DNA of 64,000 bases from an uncultured virus (IMG/VR IMGVR_UViG_3300029305_002833) (lineage: Duplodnaviria; Heunggongvirae; Uroviricota; Caudoviricetes): IMG/VR virus record IMGVR_UViG_3300029305_002833; one strand, given 5' to 3'. Below the pieces are notes generated by a model. That model worked only from the letters and a program-made list of their open reading frames with translations. It was not told where the DNA came from and did not search any database. Positions 50,670-61,717 of this stretch are shown here, piece after piece. How positions within the stretch are numbered: the first letter of the stretch is position 1; each line of letters opens with the position of its first letter. Position numbers and translations under genes: made by a program.

Positions 50670-51122
50670 ATGCTTGAATTGAGACCATGCGATTTCCAGA
50701 CGGCGCGGGACTTTGTACGGTTGAACCATCGGCACAACAAGCCGCCTGCGGGCCATAAGTTTTCTGTGGCGTGCTATGACGGGGACAGGCTTTGCGGGGT
50801 GTGCATGGTGGGCAGGCCGGTGAGCCGGTTTCTGGACGACGGGCTGACGCTGGAGGTCAACCGTTGTTGCACGGACGGGACGCGGAACGCCTGCACGATG
50901 CTGTATGGCGCGGCGACGCGGGCGGCAAAGGCGCTGGGGTATAAGCGGCTGGTGACGTACACGCTGCAAAGTGAGCCGGGGACGAGCCTGAGGGCGTCTA
51001 ACTGGAAATTTTGCGGGGGGGGGTACGGAGGAACGCATTGGAATGGCGCGAGGTACGCGCAGTTTGAGCAGATGGAGATTCCGATGTCGGAGATGAAGGT
51101 GAGGTGGGAGAAGGAATTATGA
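50670..51122 (+). CDS. XF1762-family (Mom-like GNAT) protein
   Basis: HRH..PP.GHKF, GRPVSR.LD, EVNRCC and TYTL.SE.G.SL.A. Confidence 0.75.
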   Translation: MLELRPCDFQTARDFVRLNHRHNKPPAGHKFSVACYDGDRLCGVCMVGRPVSRFLDDGLTLEVNRCCTDGTRNACTMLYGAATRAAKALGYKRLVTYTLQSEPGTSLRASNWKFCGGGYGGTHWNGARYAQFEQMEIPMSEMKVRWEKEL

Positions 51123-52236
51123 GAAACAGTGACATTCTGAGGCTTGTGATTATGCTGATTGCGGCGGCCATCATGGTGCCGCTTGGGATATGGTGGATAA
51201 AGCTGATTGTGGAGTCGGATTTACCAACGTGGTTGAAGGTCATGCTGTTGAGGTGATGGAGATGATCTGGTCGATACTTCGCTGCGCGGGGTCGGTGGCC
51301 CTGGGCGTGGTGATCGGGGAGTGGATTGACAGGCGGCGGTGCTGGCGGTATGGGGCCTATGGCAGCGGCGAGGTGCTGCGGGCTCGGCTGTTCTGCAAGC
51401 ATCAATGGATGCGGTTGGGCAACATGGAGCAGCGGTGCGAGAAGTGCGGGCTGTACAGGAGGTATGTGGGGTGAGGATATGAAACTGACCAAAAAGAAGA
51501 TCAAGACCATTGTGGAGCGCGTGACGCAGGCGGTTACGGAGAAACAGGTCGAGGCGACGGTGGAGATTTCGCCGGAGAACATTCACATCAGCATCAGCCC
51601 GTGGAAGCCGTTTGAGATGAAGTGCCCGTATGACAAGGGGGCGAGGACGTGAGGCTGATCGATGCGGATGCGCTGCCGATTGTAGCGCGAGGCAAAAATC
51701 ATCACAGAAAATATGTATTTGCCGATATTACAGATGCACCCACCATCGACGCTATCCCGGTGGAGTGGCTGCGGGAATTTGACCTGTACTATGCTGGGAT
51801 TAGCGATGGAACGAAGTACATGAACGAGCTTGTTGAAGCATGGCAGAAGGGACAGGAGGCGCAAGATGGCTGAATTCGTACAGACAATGAAGGACTGGCG
51901 CAGGATGTGCATGGCGATGGAGAGATTGCGCCCGGATGATCCATGTGCCGGATGCCGCTTGGAGGGATATGGGTGCCCGGCAATCTACGAGGATAATAGC
52001 CATGTGGATTATTCCGACGTTGCGAGAAACGTCACGGCATGGGCTGCAGAACACCCGGAGCCGGTGTATCCGACGTGGTGGAGTTGGTTGATTGACCAAG
52101 GGGTTATAGAAAAAGGGTCTACATACACAGGAGCATTTGACCAACTTAAAACGAAATCCATCAGCGCCGAGCTCGCGGAGAAGCTGGAGATTGAGCCGAA
52201 ACCGCAGGTGTAGCGAAGCGGTAAGGAGGGATAGCG

Positions 52237-53460
52237 ATGAAAGAAAATATCATGGAAATCAGGGGCAAGCATGGAACTGCGGTTTGCTTTGCGAAGATCA
52301 TAGAGGACAGCGCCATAGAACAGATTCGGCGTATGTGCGATTATGATTTTACAGAAAACTGCCGTATCCGCATTATGCCGGACGTACACGCCGGGAAAGG
52401 ATGCACCATCGGCACGACCATGACGATCAGGGATAAGGTTGTACCGAATATCGTTGGCGTTGATATAGGCTGCGGCATGTATTGCGTCAAGCTGGCGCAA
52501 TCAGACATCGACCTGAAAGCCCTTGACTCGGCGGCGCACTTCATACCGTCCGGCATGAACGTATGGGAGCACAGGGTCGGCAAATTCGACCTACAGGCTC
52601 TGAGATGCTATCGTCATCTGCGGGACACAGATCGGCTTGAACGCAGTTTGGGGACGCTGGGCGGAGGAAATCACTTTATCGAGGTTGATCGTGGGAGCGA
52701 CGGGGCGCTGTACCTTGTGATTCACTCCGGGAGCCGCAACCTCGGGAAGCAGGTGGCCGAATACTACCAGAATGTTGCGATCCGCCTTAACGCGGGGATT
52801 GAAAACTACGACAAGCGAAAGGAAGCCCTCGTCGCGGAATACAAAGCGGCTGGCCGGCAGTCTGAAATCCAGGCGGCACTTAAAGCGCTGAAGGAGGAAA
52901 AGAAGGAACGCACAATCCCGGATGATCTGTGCTACGTGTACGGGAAACACCTTGAAGATTACCTGGCGGACGTGGTTGTGTGTCAGAAATACGCCCGCCG
53001 GAACCGGGAATTGATGGCCGAAATCCTCATGGAGATGGCGGGAATTGTCGGGGTGGAATCGTTTCATACCATCCACAATTACATTGATACGGATGAAATG
53101 ATTCTGCGAAAGGGCGCAATCGCCGCGCACAAAGGCGAGAGGGTGCTCATACCCATCAACATGCGGGACGGCAGCGTGCTTGCCATCGGGCGCGGGAACC
53201 CGGATTGGAACTATTCAGCGCCCCACGGCGCGGGCCGGATTATGTCACGGGCGGCGGCAAGGTCGAATCTGACCGTTGAAGCGTATGAAGAATCCATGCG
53301 GGGCATATACACGACATCCGTCAACGCAGGCACGATAGACGAAGCGCCCATGGCGTATAAGTCTTTGGCGGACATCATGGATGTGATCGAAGCATCCGTG
53401 GACGTGGTTGACGTGATGAAGCCGATATTCAACTTCAAGGCGGTGGAGAAGGAGGGATAG
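52237..53460 (+). CDS. rtcB: RtcB RNA ligase
   Basis: MPDVH.G, GVDIGCG, GTLGGGNHF, HSGSR, HNY, HGAGR and DEAP.AYK. Confidence 0.95.
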   Translation: MKENIMEIRGKHGTAVCFAKIIEDSAIEQIRRMCDYDFTENCRIRIMPDVHAGKGCTIGTTMTIRDKVVPNIVGVDIGCGMYCVKLAQSDIDLKALDSAAHFIPSGMNVWEHRVGKFDLQALRCYRHLRDTDRLERSLGTLGGGNHFIEVDRGSDGALYLVIHSGSRNLGKQVAEYYQNVAIRLNAGIENYDKRKEALVAEYKAAGRQSEIQAALKALKEEKKERTIPDDLCYVYGKHLEDYLADVVVCQKYARRNRELMAEILMEMAGIVGVESFHTIHNYIDTDEMILRKGAIAAHKGERVLIPINMRDGSVLAIGRGNPDWNYSAPHGAGRIMSRAAARSNLTVEAYEESMRGIYTTSVNAGTIDEAPMAYKSLADIMDVIEASVDVVDVMKPIFNFKAVEKEG

Positions 53461-53461
53461 C

Positions 53462-53665
53462 GTGAAGGATATTGAAAAGGATTTCAAGTTGAACTGGCTG
53501 GACGAAAAGCAAATCTTTCGGATCAGTGAAATCAACGAATGTGCGAAAAGCCTTGCGGCGATGATCGAGAGCGCTTGCCCGGATGGGCGGGAAAAGGCGC
53601 TGGCGTATACAAAACTTGAGGAGTGCGTGATGTGGGCGCGGGCGGCGATTGCAAAGGAGGTATGA
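53462..53665 (+). CDS. Acb2/Tad1-like helical-hairpin protein (putative cyclic-nucleotide sponge)
   Basis: 67 aa; CPDGREKALA.TKLEE..MWA.AAIA. Confidence 0.6.
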   Translation: MKDIEKDFKLNWLDEKQIFRISEINECAKSLAAMIESACPDGREKALAYTKLEECVMWARAAIAKEV

Positions 53666-53728
53666 ACGTGGTCGATTACATTCTGAACAGGGACGAAAAC
53701 GGGATGGTGCGAAAAGAAAAGCCGGTAG

Positions 53729-53893
53729 TCACTTCCGGCTACCGGCCTTCTTAGCATCGACGTGATCTTGCAGAACCTTGATGATGTAGTTGTTGAAGCT
53801 GCGGCCATCGGCCTTTGCCAGTTCTTCCAGCTCCGCTTTCAGCGTTTTCAAGATCACCAGGTTTGCCCTTACCTTGTCCGGCGAGATGCTCAT
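53729..53893 (-). CDS. Arc/ribbon-helix-helix regulator, copy 2
   Basis: Protein identical to copy 1 plus a terminal Lys. Confidence 0.8.
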   Translation of the reverse strand: MSISPDKVRANLVILKTLKAELEELAKADGRSFNNYIIKVLQDHVDAKKAGSRK

Positions 53894-54027
53894 GGTATCG
53901 CCCCCTTCGGGCTGATGATAGCACAGTTTCAAAGTGTTGTCAAGTTACGTAACTTTTAACCTATGGATAATTACAGAAAGTGCGTAAAAGTGATATAATA
54001 GTTACGTAAGTAAAAGGAGGCGAGATT

Positions 54028-54870
54028 ATGGGAAAGGTCAAGGATTTGACGGGCCGCAGGTTTGGAAAACTGTTAGTTCTTGGAGTTGGCGAGAAAACAC
54101 ACGACGGAAGAAATCAATGGAAATGCAAGTGTGACTGTGGAATGGAAACGCTTGTAATAACAGGAAACCTTTCAAGCGGACATACGAAAAGTTGTGGCTG
54201 TTGGAAAGAATCTATTCGCAATGATTTGACAGGGCGTAGATTTGACATGCTGGAAGTTATTTCATACGCGGGAAGGGACAACAGAAACAAGCCGCTTTGG
54301 ACGTGCAAATGTGATTGTGGAAACACAACGGTTGTAAACAGTTCGGCGTTGGTGACAGGGAACACAAAAAGCTGTGGTTGTCTTAGATTGCTTGGCAATA
54401 ATACAATACACAGAATGTCATATACGAGGTTGTATTCTATCTACAACAGTATGATCAGGAGATGTTATGAAGAGGGGACTACCGGCTATGAGAACTATGG
54501 TGGAAGAGGCATTAGCGTATGTGACGAATGGCGAGAAAAATCTATAGGCATGATAAGGTTTTTCGATTGGGCGTTTGCAAACGGATATACAGATGAACTG
54601 ACACTTGACAGGATTGATGTTAATGGAAATTATAGCCCGAACAACTGTCGCTGGGCGAATCGTTCAATGCAATCATTCAACAGAAGAAACAGCCAGAGCA
54701 GAACCGGAGCTCGTGGTGTAGACTACCAAGATAGATACGGTGGAAGATATATTGCGAGAATTGGATATCAGAACCAGAATATATATTTGGGTTCATTCAA
54801 AAGAATAGAAGATGCGATTGAAGCACGCAAAAAGGCAGAGATGAAATATTTCGGAATGACATTGAATTAG
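54028..54870 (+). CDS. HNH endonuclease with two N-terminal Cys repeats and AP2-like C-terminus
   Basis: DLTGRRF..W.C.CDCG..SCGC twice, YGGRGI and DRID.NGNY.PNNCRW. Confidence 0.85.
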   Translation: MGKVKDLTGRRFGKLLVLGVGEKTHDGRNQWKCKCDCGMETLVITGNLSSGHTKSCGCWKESIRNDLTGRRFDMLEVISYAGRDNRNKPLWTCKCDCGNTTVVNSSALVTGNTKSCGCLRLLGNNTIHRMSYTRLYSIYNSMIRRCYEEGTTGYENYGGRGISVCDEWREKSIGMIRFFDWAFANGYTDELTLDRIDVNGNYSPNNCRWANRSMQSFNRRNSQSRTGARGVDYQDRYGGRYIARIGYQNQNIYLGSFKRIEDAIEARKKAEMKYFGMTLN

Positions 54871-54881
54871 GAGGATTTACG

Positions 54882-55517
54882 ATGAAAGAGATCAAGCCGA
54901 TTGAGACAGAGTACAACGGGTATCGGTTCAGAAGCCGGTTGGAAGCGCGGTGGGCGGTGTTTTTTGATGCGGCTGGGATTGAATACCAGTATGAGCCGGA
55001 AGGGTTTGATTTGGGTGGTGGATATTATTATCTTCCTGATTTCTTTCTTCCTCAAATTGAACTCAGAGACAATAGAATTGGGTTATATATTGAAGTAAAA
55101 GGCGTTCTTTCAGAAGATGACAAACAGAAAATAAGGCTGTTTTCTGGTGAAGAAGTATACAAAGACGGGAAAATACAAAGTGCAGATGATTATTGGTATT
55201 ACAAATGCGAAGCGCCGGATGAAAGCTATCCGATTATGTGCGTCGGACAAATCCCACAGGGTTTTGATGGCGGTTGGACGTGGCATGAAGCTAACGAAGA
55301 TGAGTATTATTATTGGACATTTGCACATATTGATGGCGATGAATACTGGTGTGATTTTTACAAGAAGAAGAACGGAAATGTATGCGTGTGTGGTCCGGAC
55401 AATGATTACATGATGGACAATGGTTTAGAAGGTTTCTATGCCTTTAATGATGCTTTTAGAATAGCCCGACAAGCCCGATTTGAACACGGAGAAAAGCCGA
55501 GAGTAAGGAGGAATTAG
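54882..55517 (+). CDS. PD-(D/E)xK nuclease
   Basis: FRSRLEARWA, YEPE, YLPDF and IEVK; low GC. Confidence 0.8.
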   Translation: MKEIKPIETEYNGYRFRSRLEARWAVFFDAAGIEYQYEPEGFDLGGGYYYLPDFFLPQIELRDNRIGLYIEVKGVLSEDDKQKIRLFSGEEVYKDGKIQSADDYWYYKCEAPDESYPIMCVGQIPQGFDGGWTWHEANEDEYYYWTFAHIDGDEYWCDFYKKKNGNVCVCGPDNDYMMDNGLEGFYAFNDAFRIARQARFEHGEKPRVRRN

Positions 55518-55520
55518 TCA

Positions 55521-56033
55521 ATGACAGAATACACGTTGAACAGGAATGAACAGGGTATGGTGCATTATCTGTACAAGAACGATGGCAAACATCCATATGT
55601 CGGATATTGCAAGTGGGAGAGCGCCAGGTGGATGCTGGAGAACGACAGGTCGCGGGAATTGCGGATGTCGGAGGAGTACGAGGGGTTTCCGCTGACGGCG
55701 GATGGGGTTTATTTCTTTGACGGGGCGGTGCGGACTGGTGATGCTGCGGTGTCAGATGGGGGAGCCAGCGTTCCCGCTGCGGTGTCAGATGGGGACGGTT
55801 CTCCCGGTCACACCGATGCTTGCGGTGGGCGATGCGGCGGCGGAATGATCGAGGGCGAGGGCGGTGACGGTGTGACAGATGAGAACCGTCCCCACATGAC
55901 ACCTTCGCTGCCGTCGGCGGCGGACGGCAGCGAAAGCGCTGCGCCGGGGTGCGGGAAGGACTGGTGCGAGATTCCGGAAGCGGCGGAGAGGCCGAGGCGG
56001 AAGAAGAGGACGAAGGATGTGGCGTGCGAGTGA
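55521..56033 (+). CDS. Hypothetical protein carrying an inverted REP-B pair in its 3' half
   Basis: AGGAGG RBS; intact ORF. Confidence 0.5.
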   Translation: MTEYTLNRNEQGMVHYLYKNDGKHPYVGYCKWESARWMLENDRSRELRMSEEYEGFPLTADGVYFFDGAVRTGDAAVSDGGASVPAAVSDGDGSPGHTDACGGRCGGGMIEGEGGDGVTDENRPHMTPSLPSAADGSESAAPGCGKDWCEIPEAAERPRRKKRTKDVACE

Positions 56034-57343
56034 TGACCGTTAGGGATGTTGTCAACCAAATCCATGCGCTGGAGCGCAACCTGGAGATGATTGACGCGGC
56101 GCAGCGTGCGGGGTTTGACCTGAATGTGACCGTGGAGCAGATTGACGCTACCAGGCGTGAAATCGAGCGGCTGTATGCCCTGGAGATCGGCGGCGTCAAT
56201 GTGCAACTGGGAGCCATGCGTGCTTGTGATGAACTGCGGGGCATGGTGGAGGATATCGTGAAGAGCGCCTATGAGCGGGTGTTCGGAGGGCAAGAAGATG
56301 GGTGACGCAGAGAATCGGACGAAGGGCGCGGTTTGTGAGTAGGAGGTACGGGAATGGATGTGAAGAGGTGCGACCGGTGCGGGTTGGTCTATGACTATGA
56401 CTTTGGGAAAAACGCGATGGGCACGTCGTTTCTGCTGATTACCGATGAGACGATCGACAAGCTCAGGGACAGGAGCAAAATCTATTACATGCTGGATGGC
56501 ACTCCGACGCGAGTTATGGACATCTGCCCTGTGTGCGCGAAGGATTTCAAGAAGTGGTTTGAGCGCATGGGAAAGCGGGTGACGAAGTGATATATGATCC
56601 GGGTTTGGGTGAGGCAATGTCCCGCGCGGCGGAAATTGACGCGGCGAAGCTGGAAGCGGAAGATGCCGTAAAGGCGTATATTGACCGGTGCTTTTCGATG
56701 ATCGGGACGTTGCCGAAGTACATGACGCTGCGTGAACAGGCAAGGAAACTGGTGATGGATGGAAGGAATTGCGATGAAGTGATTCGGCTGAAATCCATGG
56801 CGCACAATCTGCGGCATATGGCTGAAAACGAGAAGCCGGTCAATGAGAATGAGGTGTTGCGCAACGCGGCGAACGTCATGGAAAATGCGGTGCGGCGCAT
56901 TCACGAACTGGAATACATGATATTGGAGATGACGGAATGACGCGGAAAGAGATCATTGAGCACATGAAGGTGATGAGGCAGAACGCGGCCAAGATGGATG
57001 AAGTGATGATGTATGTGATGACCAAGAAGGATTGCGAGGTTGTCATGGCGGCGGCGGAGATTCTGACGGCGCGGCCTGCGATACATATTCACAAGGAATA
57101 TCCGGAGCATGAGTGGAAGAGGAAGGAAAACGGCGAGATCGACGATTGTGCATTTGATACGGATTATCACAACGGCCCGGTGTGCGTCAGGTGCTGGGAT
57201 TCGTTTTGCATCTGGTGTGAACCAAATGGGTTTGAGACACACAAGCGTTGCGTCGTTGACTGGTACGAGTGCCCGGAGTGCGGTGGGAAGGTGCCCCAAA
57301 GGCAAGAGCATTGTGCGCACTGCGGAAAGGGGATTGTCTGGGA

Positions 57344-57715
57344 ATGAGCGATTACATCATCGCCGTGGACTTCGACGGCACGCTGTGCGAGAACGCCTGG
57401 CCGGGGATTGGGGAGGCCCGTGCGGGGGTCATTGATTATGTGCTGGGGCAGCAGATGACCGGGGCGAAGATCATTCTGTGGACGAACCGGCGGGGCGAGA
57501 AGCTGGAAGAGGCGGTCAGGTGGTGCGCGGCGCGGGGGTTGGCGTTTGACGCGGTGAATGAGAACCTGCCGGAGGTGATCGAGCGGTTCGGCGGGGACAC
57601 GCGGAAGGTGTTCGCGCATGAATATCTGGACGACAGGGCCGTGCTGCCGGATACGGTGGAGAAGAAAAGGCGCAGGATCAGCGGAAGGGCTGTGAGGAAC
57701 CGGGGGAGGCTTTAA
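57344..57715 (+). CDS. HAD-superfamily phosphatase-like protein
   Basis: AVDFDGT, WT.R and K..A..YLDD. Confidence 0.8.
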   Translation: MSDYIIAVDFDGTLCENAWPGIGEARAGVIDYVLGQQMTGAKIILWTNRRGEKLEEAVRWCAARGLAFDAVNENLPEVIERFGGDTRKVFAHEYLDDRAVLPDTVEKKRRRISGRAVRNRGRL

Positions 57716-57741
57716 GACACGTATGAAGGGAGTATTAAAGC

Positions 57742-58134
57742 ATGGAATGGCGGACGATGACGGCGAAGCAACTGGCGGAGCGGTTGGACGGGCGGGAATA
57801 TCTGAATGAGATCACGCCCCAGGAGGAGCGGGAGGCCGAGACCAACGGGCTGGTGGCGGTGTATGGCTACAGCGACGACAACGTGGAACTGGCCGGGGCG
57901 ATCAGTGACGAGATCGGCGCGTGGGAAGGCGTGGTGTTACACGTGGACAAGGACGGCGAGGTGTTTGCCGGGGAGAAGGACGCGCCGAATAAGATCGAGG
58001 CATACTGGTTCGGGCCGGATACCGAAGTGCCGTGGACGTTCAGAACGGAGATTCCACATGAGACGTTCAACATCTATGAGGACGGGGAATTGTTCTGCGT
58101 GGGGATCGTGTTCATGATGGAGGATTTGAAGTGA
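57742..58134 (+). CDS. Conserved phage hypothetical protein
   Basis: G.SDD..E..GAI and IPHETF.IYEDG..FC.GIVF. Confidence 0.6.
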   Translation: MEWRTMTAKQLAERLDGREYLNEITPQEEREAETNGLVAVYGYSDDNVELAGAISDEIGAWEGVVLHVDKDGEVFAGEKDAPNKIEAYWFGPDTEVPWTFRTEIPHETFNIYEDGELFCVGIVFMMEDLK

Positions 58135-58340
58135 TGGAGGGTTTGAAGCGTTGCCCGTTTTGCGGTGGAGAAGCGAGATTGCAAGCGAACATGTGGCCCA
58201 GGTTCGTGTATTGCACGTCGTGTTATGCGCGGACGACAAATTGCACCGCGTTTGGAACGCAGGCAGGTGCAGAGCAAGCCATTGAGGCGTGGAACAGGAG
58301 GGTGAAGGATGGGCAAGAAACACAGGGAGCTGCTGGCTGA
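58131..58340 (+). CDS. Lar-family restriction alleviation protein
   Basis: LKRCPFCG..C..C..AIEAWNRR. Confidence 0.75.
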   Translation: MMEGLKRCPFCGGEARLQANMWPRFVYCTSCYARTTNCTAFGTQAGAEQAIEAWNRRVKDGQETQGAAG

Positions 58341-58674
58341 GTGGCAGGAGCGGCTGGGATTGCAGGACTGGCGGATCAGGCTGAAGCCGAAGTGCAGGCC
58401 GGAGGAGATGGCGCTGGAAAACTGCGTGGGATGTACGGACTGGAGTGAGACGGTCAAGACGGCGCGTATCGAGATCATGGACCCAGCGTATTACGGAGAG
58501 CGGATTGTGCCCTTTGACTGGGAAAAGACGCTGGTGCATGAGCTGCTGCACCTGAAGACGTGCCTGGTGTCAAGCAACGTGCCGGAATTGCAGGAGCGGG
58601 TGATGCACCAGATGATCGACGATCTGGCGCGGGCGTTTGTGAGCGCGAAGCGGTGCGGAGGTGGCGGGAAGTGA
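58309..58674 (+). CDS. HExxH zinc-metallopeptidase-like protein
   Basis: WQ..L.L.DW and LVHELLH. Confidence 0.7.
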   Translation: MGKKHRELLAEWQERLGLQDWRIRLKPKCRPEEMALENCVGCTDWSETVKTARIEIMDPAYYGERIVPFDWEKTLVHELLHLKTCLVSSNVPELQERVMHQMIDDLARAFVSAKRCGGGGK

Positions 58675-58906
58675 AATTCTGCTTTGGGGACATCGTGGTG
58701 GTGCGGGGAAACCTGATCGGCGTGGTGGTGAAGGCGTGGATGCGCTATGCGCACGACGGGAAAACCACGCACGAATATGAGGTCTATGTGCGCATGAGCA
58801 GGCAGATCGAGCAGTTCCGGGAGGACGAGATGGAGCGGTACATGGTGCGACATAAGGAGCTGGATGAGCAGGAGATGGAATGGCAGCAAAACGCGGTGAG
58901 GGGGAT

Positions 58907-59254
58907 ATGATGGGCGAAATGAAGTTGAAGCGGTGTCCGTTTTGCGGGAGTGAAGCCGAGTATTTGCAGACTAATTGCGATGCGACGGATCACCGTTCGG
59001 TGGTGATGTTCTTCAGAATTTGCTGCCACAAGTGCAATGCGTCGCCGGATGACGCCTGGGGAATGCTAGAGGTCAGGCTTGTGACGGGCGGAGAGTTGGT
59101 CATTATAAGCGATGACAGGCCAAGCGCAGAGAAGGCATGGAACAGGAGGGGTTTTGATGACGGGGAAACAGCCGATGAGCCGGGAGATCAGGACGGCGCA
59201 GGCCGTGCGGGAGGATGCGGGGCGGTATCTGCGGGCGCGGTTGATTTTGAATGA
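58907..59254 (+). CDS. Second Lar-family protein
   Basis: LKRCPFCG..C..C..AWNRR. Confidence 0.65.
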   Translation: MMGEMKLKRCPFCGSEAEYLQTNCDATDHRSVVMFFRICCHKCNASPDDAWGMLEVRLVTGGELVIISDDRPSAEKAWNRRGFDDGETADEPGDQDGAGRAGGCGAVSAGAVDFE

Positions 59255-59940
59255 TTTGCGGGAGAAGCACCTGGCCGGGAAGATCACCTATGACGAGTGC
59301 AAGGCGCTGATGGCCCGGGCCATTGAGGGGGACGTGGACGGGGCCGTGATGGGGCTGGCGATGTTGCTGAGGAGGCGGGAATTGGAGGGGATGGGGCTGT
59401 GAAAAAGGTGTATTTGATCATGGCCGGCGAGTATTCCGACAGGCGTTGCGCGGGGTGGTGCTCCACGGAGGAGGAGGCGCGGCGAGTCTGCGCGGCGAGG
59501 AACAGCGCCGGCGGGCATGGCGGCGATTGGTATGAGGTTGAGGAATGCGAGTGCCTGGACGGGTCGGTTGCGGGGGATGTGCGCGCGGGGTGGACACATC
59601 GGTTTGAATTTGTCAGGGGCGCGGATGGATGGCGCAAGCGGTGGGGTGGATATGCGTATCTGAACAGCAGGCACGCGCCGGTGGTTAAGGAGCGGCCCGT
59701 ATTCGATGGGTGGAGAAGAGACGCGTGGTGCGTTGATGTGCGCGTGTGGCGGAAGGACGAGGATGCGGAGGCGGCGCAGAAGGCGGCGCTGGACGCGCTG
59801 TATGCATACCTGGCGAAGAAAGAGGGTGTGATGGCGTGATGATGAGCGTTTGGCATCTGGCGTGGATCGTGCCGGTGAGCGCGGGGGTGGGGTTTTTCGT
59901 GGCGGGGCTGTTTCGGGCAAACAACAGATAGGAGGCTTGT

Positions 59941-60246
59941 ATGGCGTACATGAGGTGTGAGCAGGAGACCAGCATCGTCTGGGACGAGGAGGAGAAGGTG
60001 GCGCGGATTTATACGGCGTCGCCGGTGAGTATGCGGAAGCTGGATAAGCTGTGCGAGGATTATCCGGCGGAATATCAGAAGGTGTGGGAGGAGAAGGACC
60101 CGGATGGACGGGTCACGGCGGCCAGGTATCAGACCGGATGCAAGCGGGTGAAGTTTGTGAAGCCTGCCAGCGAGGCCAGGATTGAACAGGGGCGTAGGAT
60201 CGCGGCGATGGCGGCGGAGAAAAGGAAGGGAGAAATGAACGAATGA
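59941..60246 (+). CDS. Conserved phage hypothetical protein
   Basis: EQET.I..D....A.IYT motif; AGGAGG RBS. Confidence 0.6.
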   Translation: MAYMRCEQETSIVWDEEEKVARIYTASPVSMRKLDKLCEDYPAEYQKVWEEKDPDGRVTAARYQTGCKRVKFVKPASEARIEQGRRIAAMAAEKRKGEMNE

Positions 60247-61717
60247 CGCGGCAGAGGATGGTCGAGTTGCTTGAAATCGAGATGGAATGCGTTCGCCGGA
60301 ATGGGTGCGGAGAATGCAATCGCGCCTGTCACATCTGCGATTTGCTTCAGGATGACACAGAACTGCATGAGATGTACGAAGAGGTGATCGCGCTGATGAA
60401 AGCGCAGGAACTGGTTGAAGCAAATTGCGAACATCGATGTAACAAATGCAAGTTTTACGAAGGTGTACATAATGTCATGGGCCATGCGCCATGTTCGTTA
60501 TGGAAAATAAGTGGAGTTATGTGGAACGATTACTGCTCACGTTTCAATTTGTGGAAGGATGGTGAAGTATAATGGATATGAGGGATACGACGTCTTGTGA
60601 TTGCGGAGAAATGGACAAGTGTATTGTCGTTTGCTCGGCGGGCGGATTTGGGCTAAGAGGGATAAGGGGAAGGCACAAAGCGGGAAGAATTGGCAAGTGG
60701 TGTTAAGGGAAAACGGCAAAGATGGGTATGCAGGAGGGATGAGCGTGGAGAATGTGGTGTATGCCAGCGAGCGGGTGGATATGGTGCATGGGCGGTGGAT
60801 TTACATAGACCGTCAACGGAAGAGCTATCGGCAGTATACGGGGTTTGACGCTGCGGGTGAGACGCACACGATCATGGTCTTGGAGGAAAGCAAGGGCAAA
60901 GAACCCTATTGTTCTGAATGTGGGGCGCAGGCGGCCGAGAGCTTCATGGATTTCTGCCCGCATTGCGGGGCGAAGATGGACGGGGAAGGGAGGACATGAT
61001 GGACTGGCCGGGATGGGATAAGATTGCTCAGAAGGCGGTGAAGAAGCGCTGGACGCGGTGACGGTGAATGTCGGCGGGCGCGATGTGCCGTTTCAGGAGT
61101 TGGCGGTGCTTCTGCGAGAGGGGAAGATCGTGGAGGTCGTGCGGTGCAAGGATTGTCGACACAGGGGCAGTAACGCGATATGCGTTAAGTTGTGGGTCGG
61201 GACAAAGGATAGTTTCTTTTGCGCATTCGGCGAACGGATGGAAAGACAATGTCAAAGCGCATCGGCGGCAGATGGCGAGGGGAGTGGGTTTGGATGATCG
61301 TGATCGAGCGGGAATACATGGCGAAGATAATCCGGGCGCTGAAGGCGGCGATGAACAGCGAGGATTATGGGTATCGGACTGGGTACATCGTGGCGCTGTC
61401 CACCGTGGAGGGCGTGATGGCGGTGGCGCCGGAGTATGACCTGGATAAGCTGTTCACGCCGGAGGAGGTGTGCGCGGAGATGGTGAAGCACGGGCAGGGG
61501 AATCTGGCCCGGTTTGACTGGGGAGAGACCATCAGGTATTCGCCCAGCGAGGTAATGAAGATTCTGAAGGGCGAACTGCCGCGGGAGCCGGAGGTAGAAT
61601 AAATAATATATTATGCCATGTATGATTCTTGTGGATGGGTATACTTATACATAGTGAAAGTGGGACAGGAGAACCGTCCCTTTGTCCCAGGAGATCAAGG
61701 GGGAAGGCGGTGAGTGA

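Noticed and set aside
45966..51023. Phase variation at G9 tracts near 45966 and 51015
   Set aside because: Both ORFs currently read through in frame, and there is no evidence of switching.
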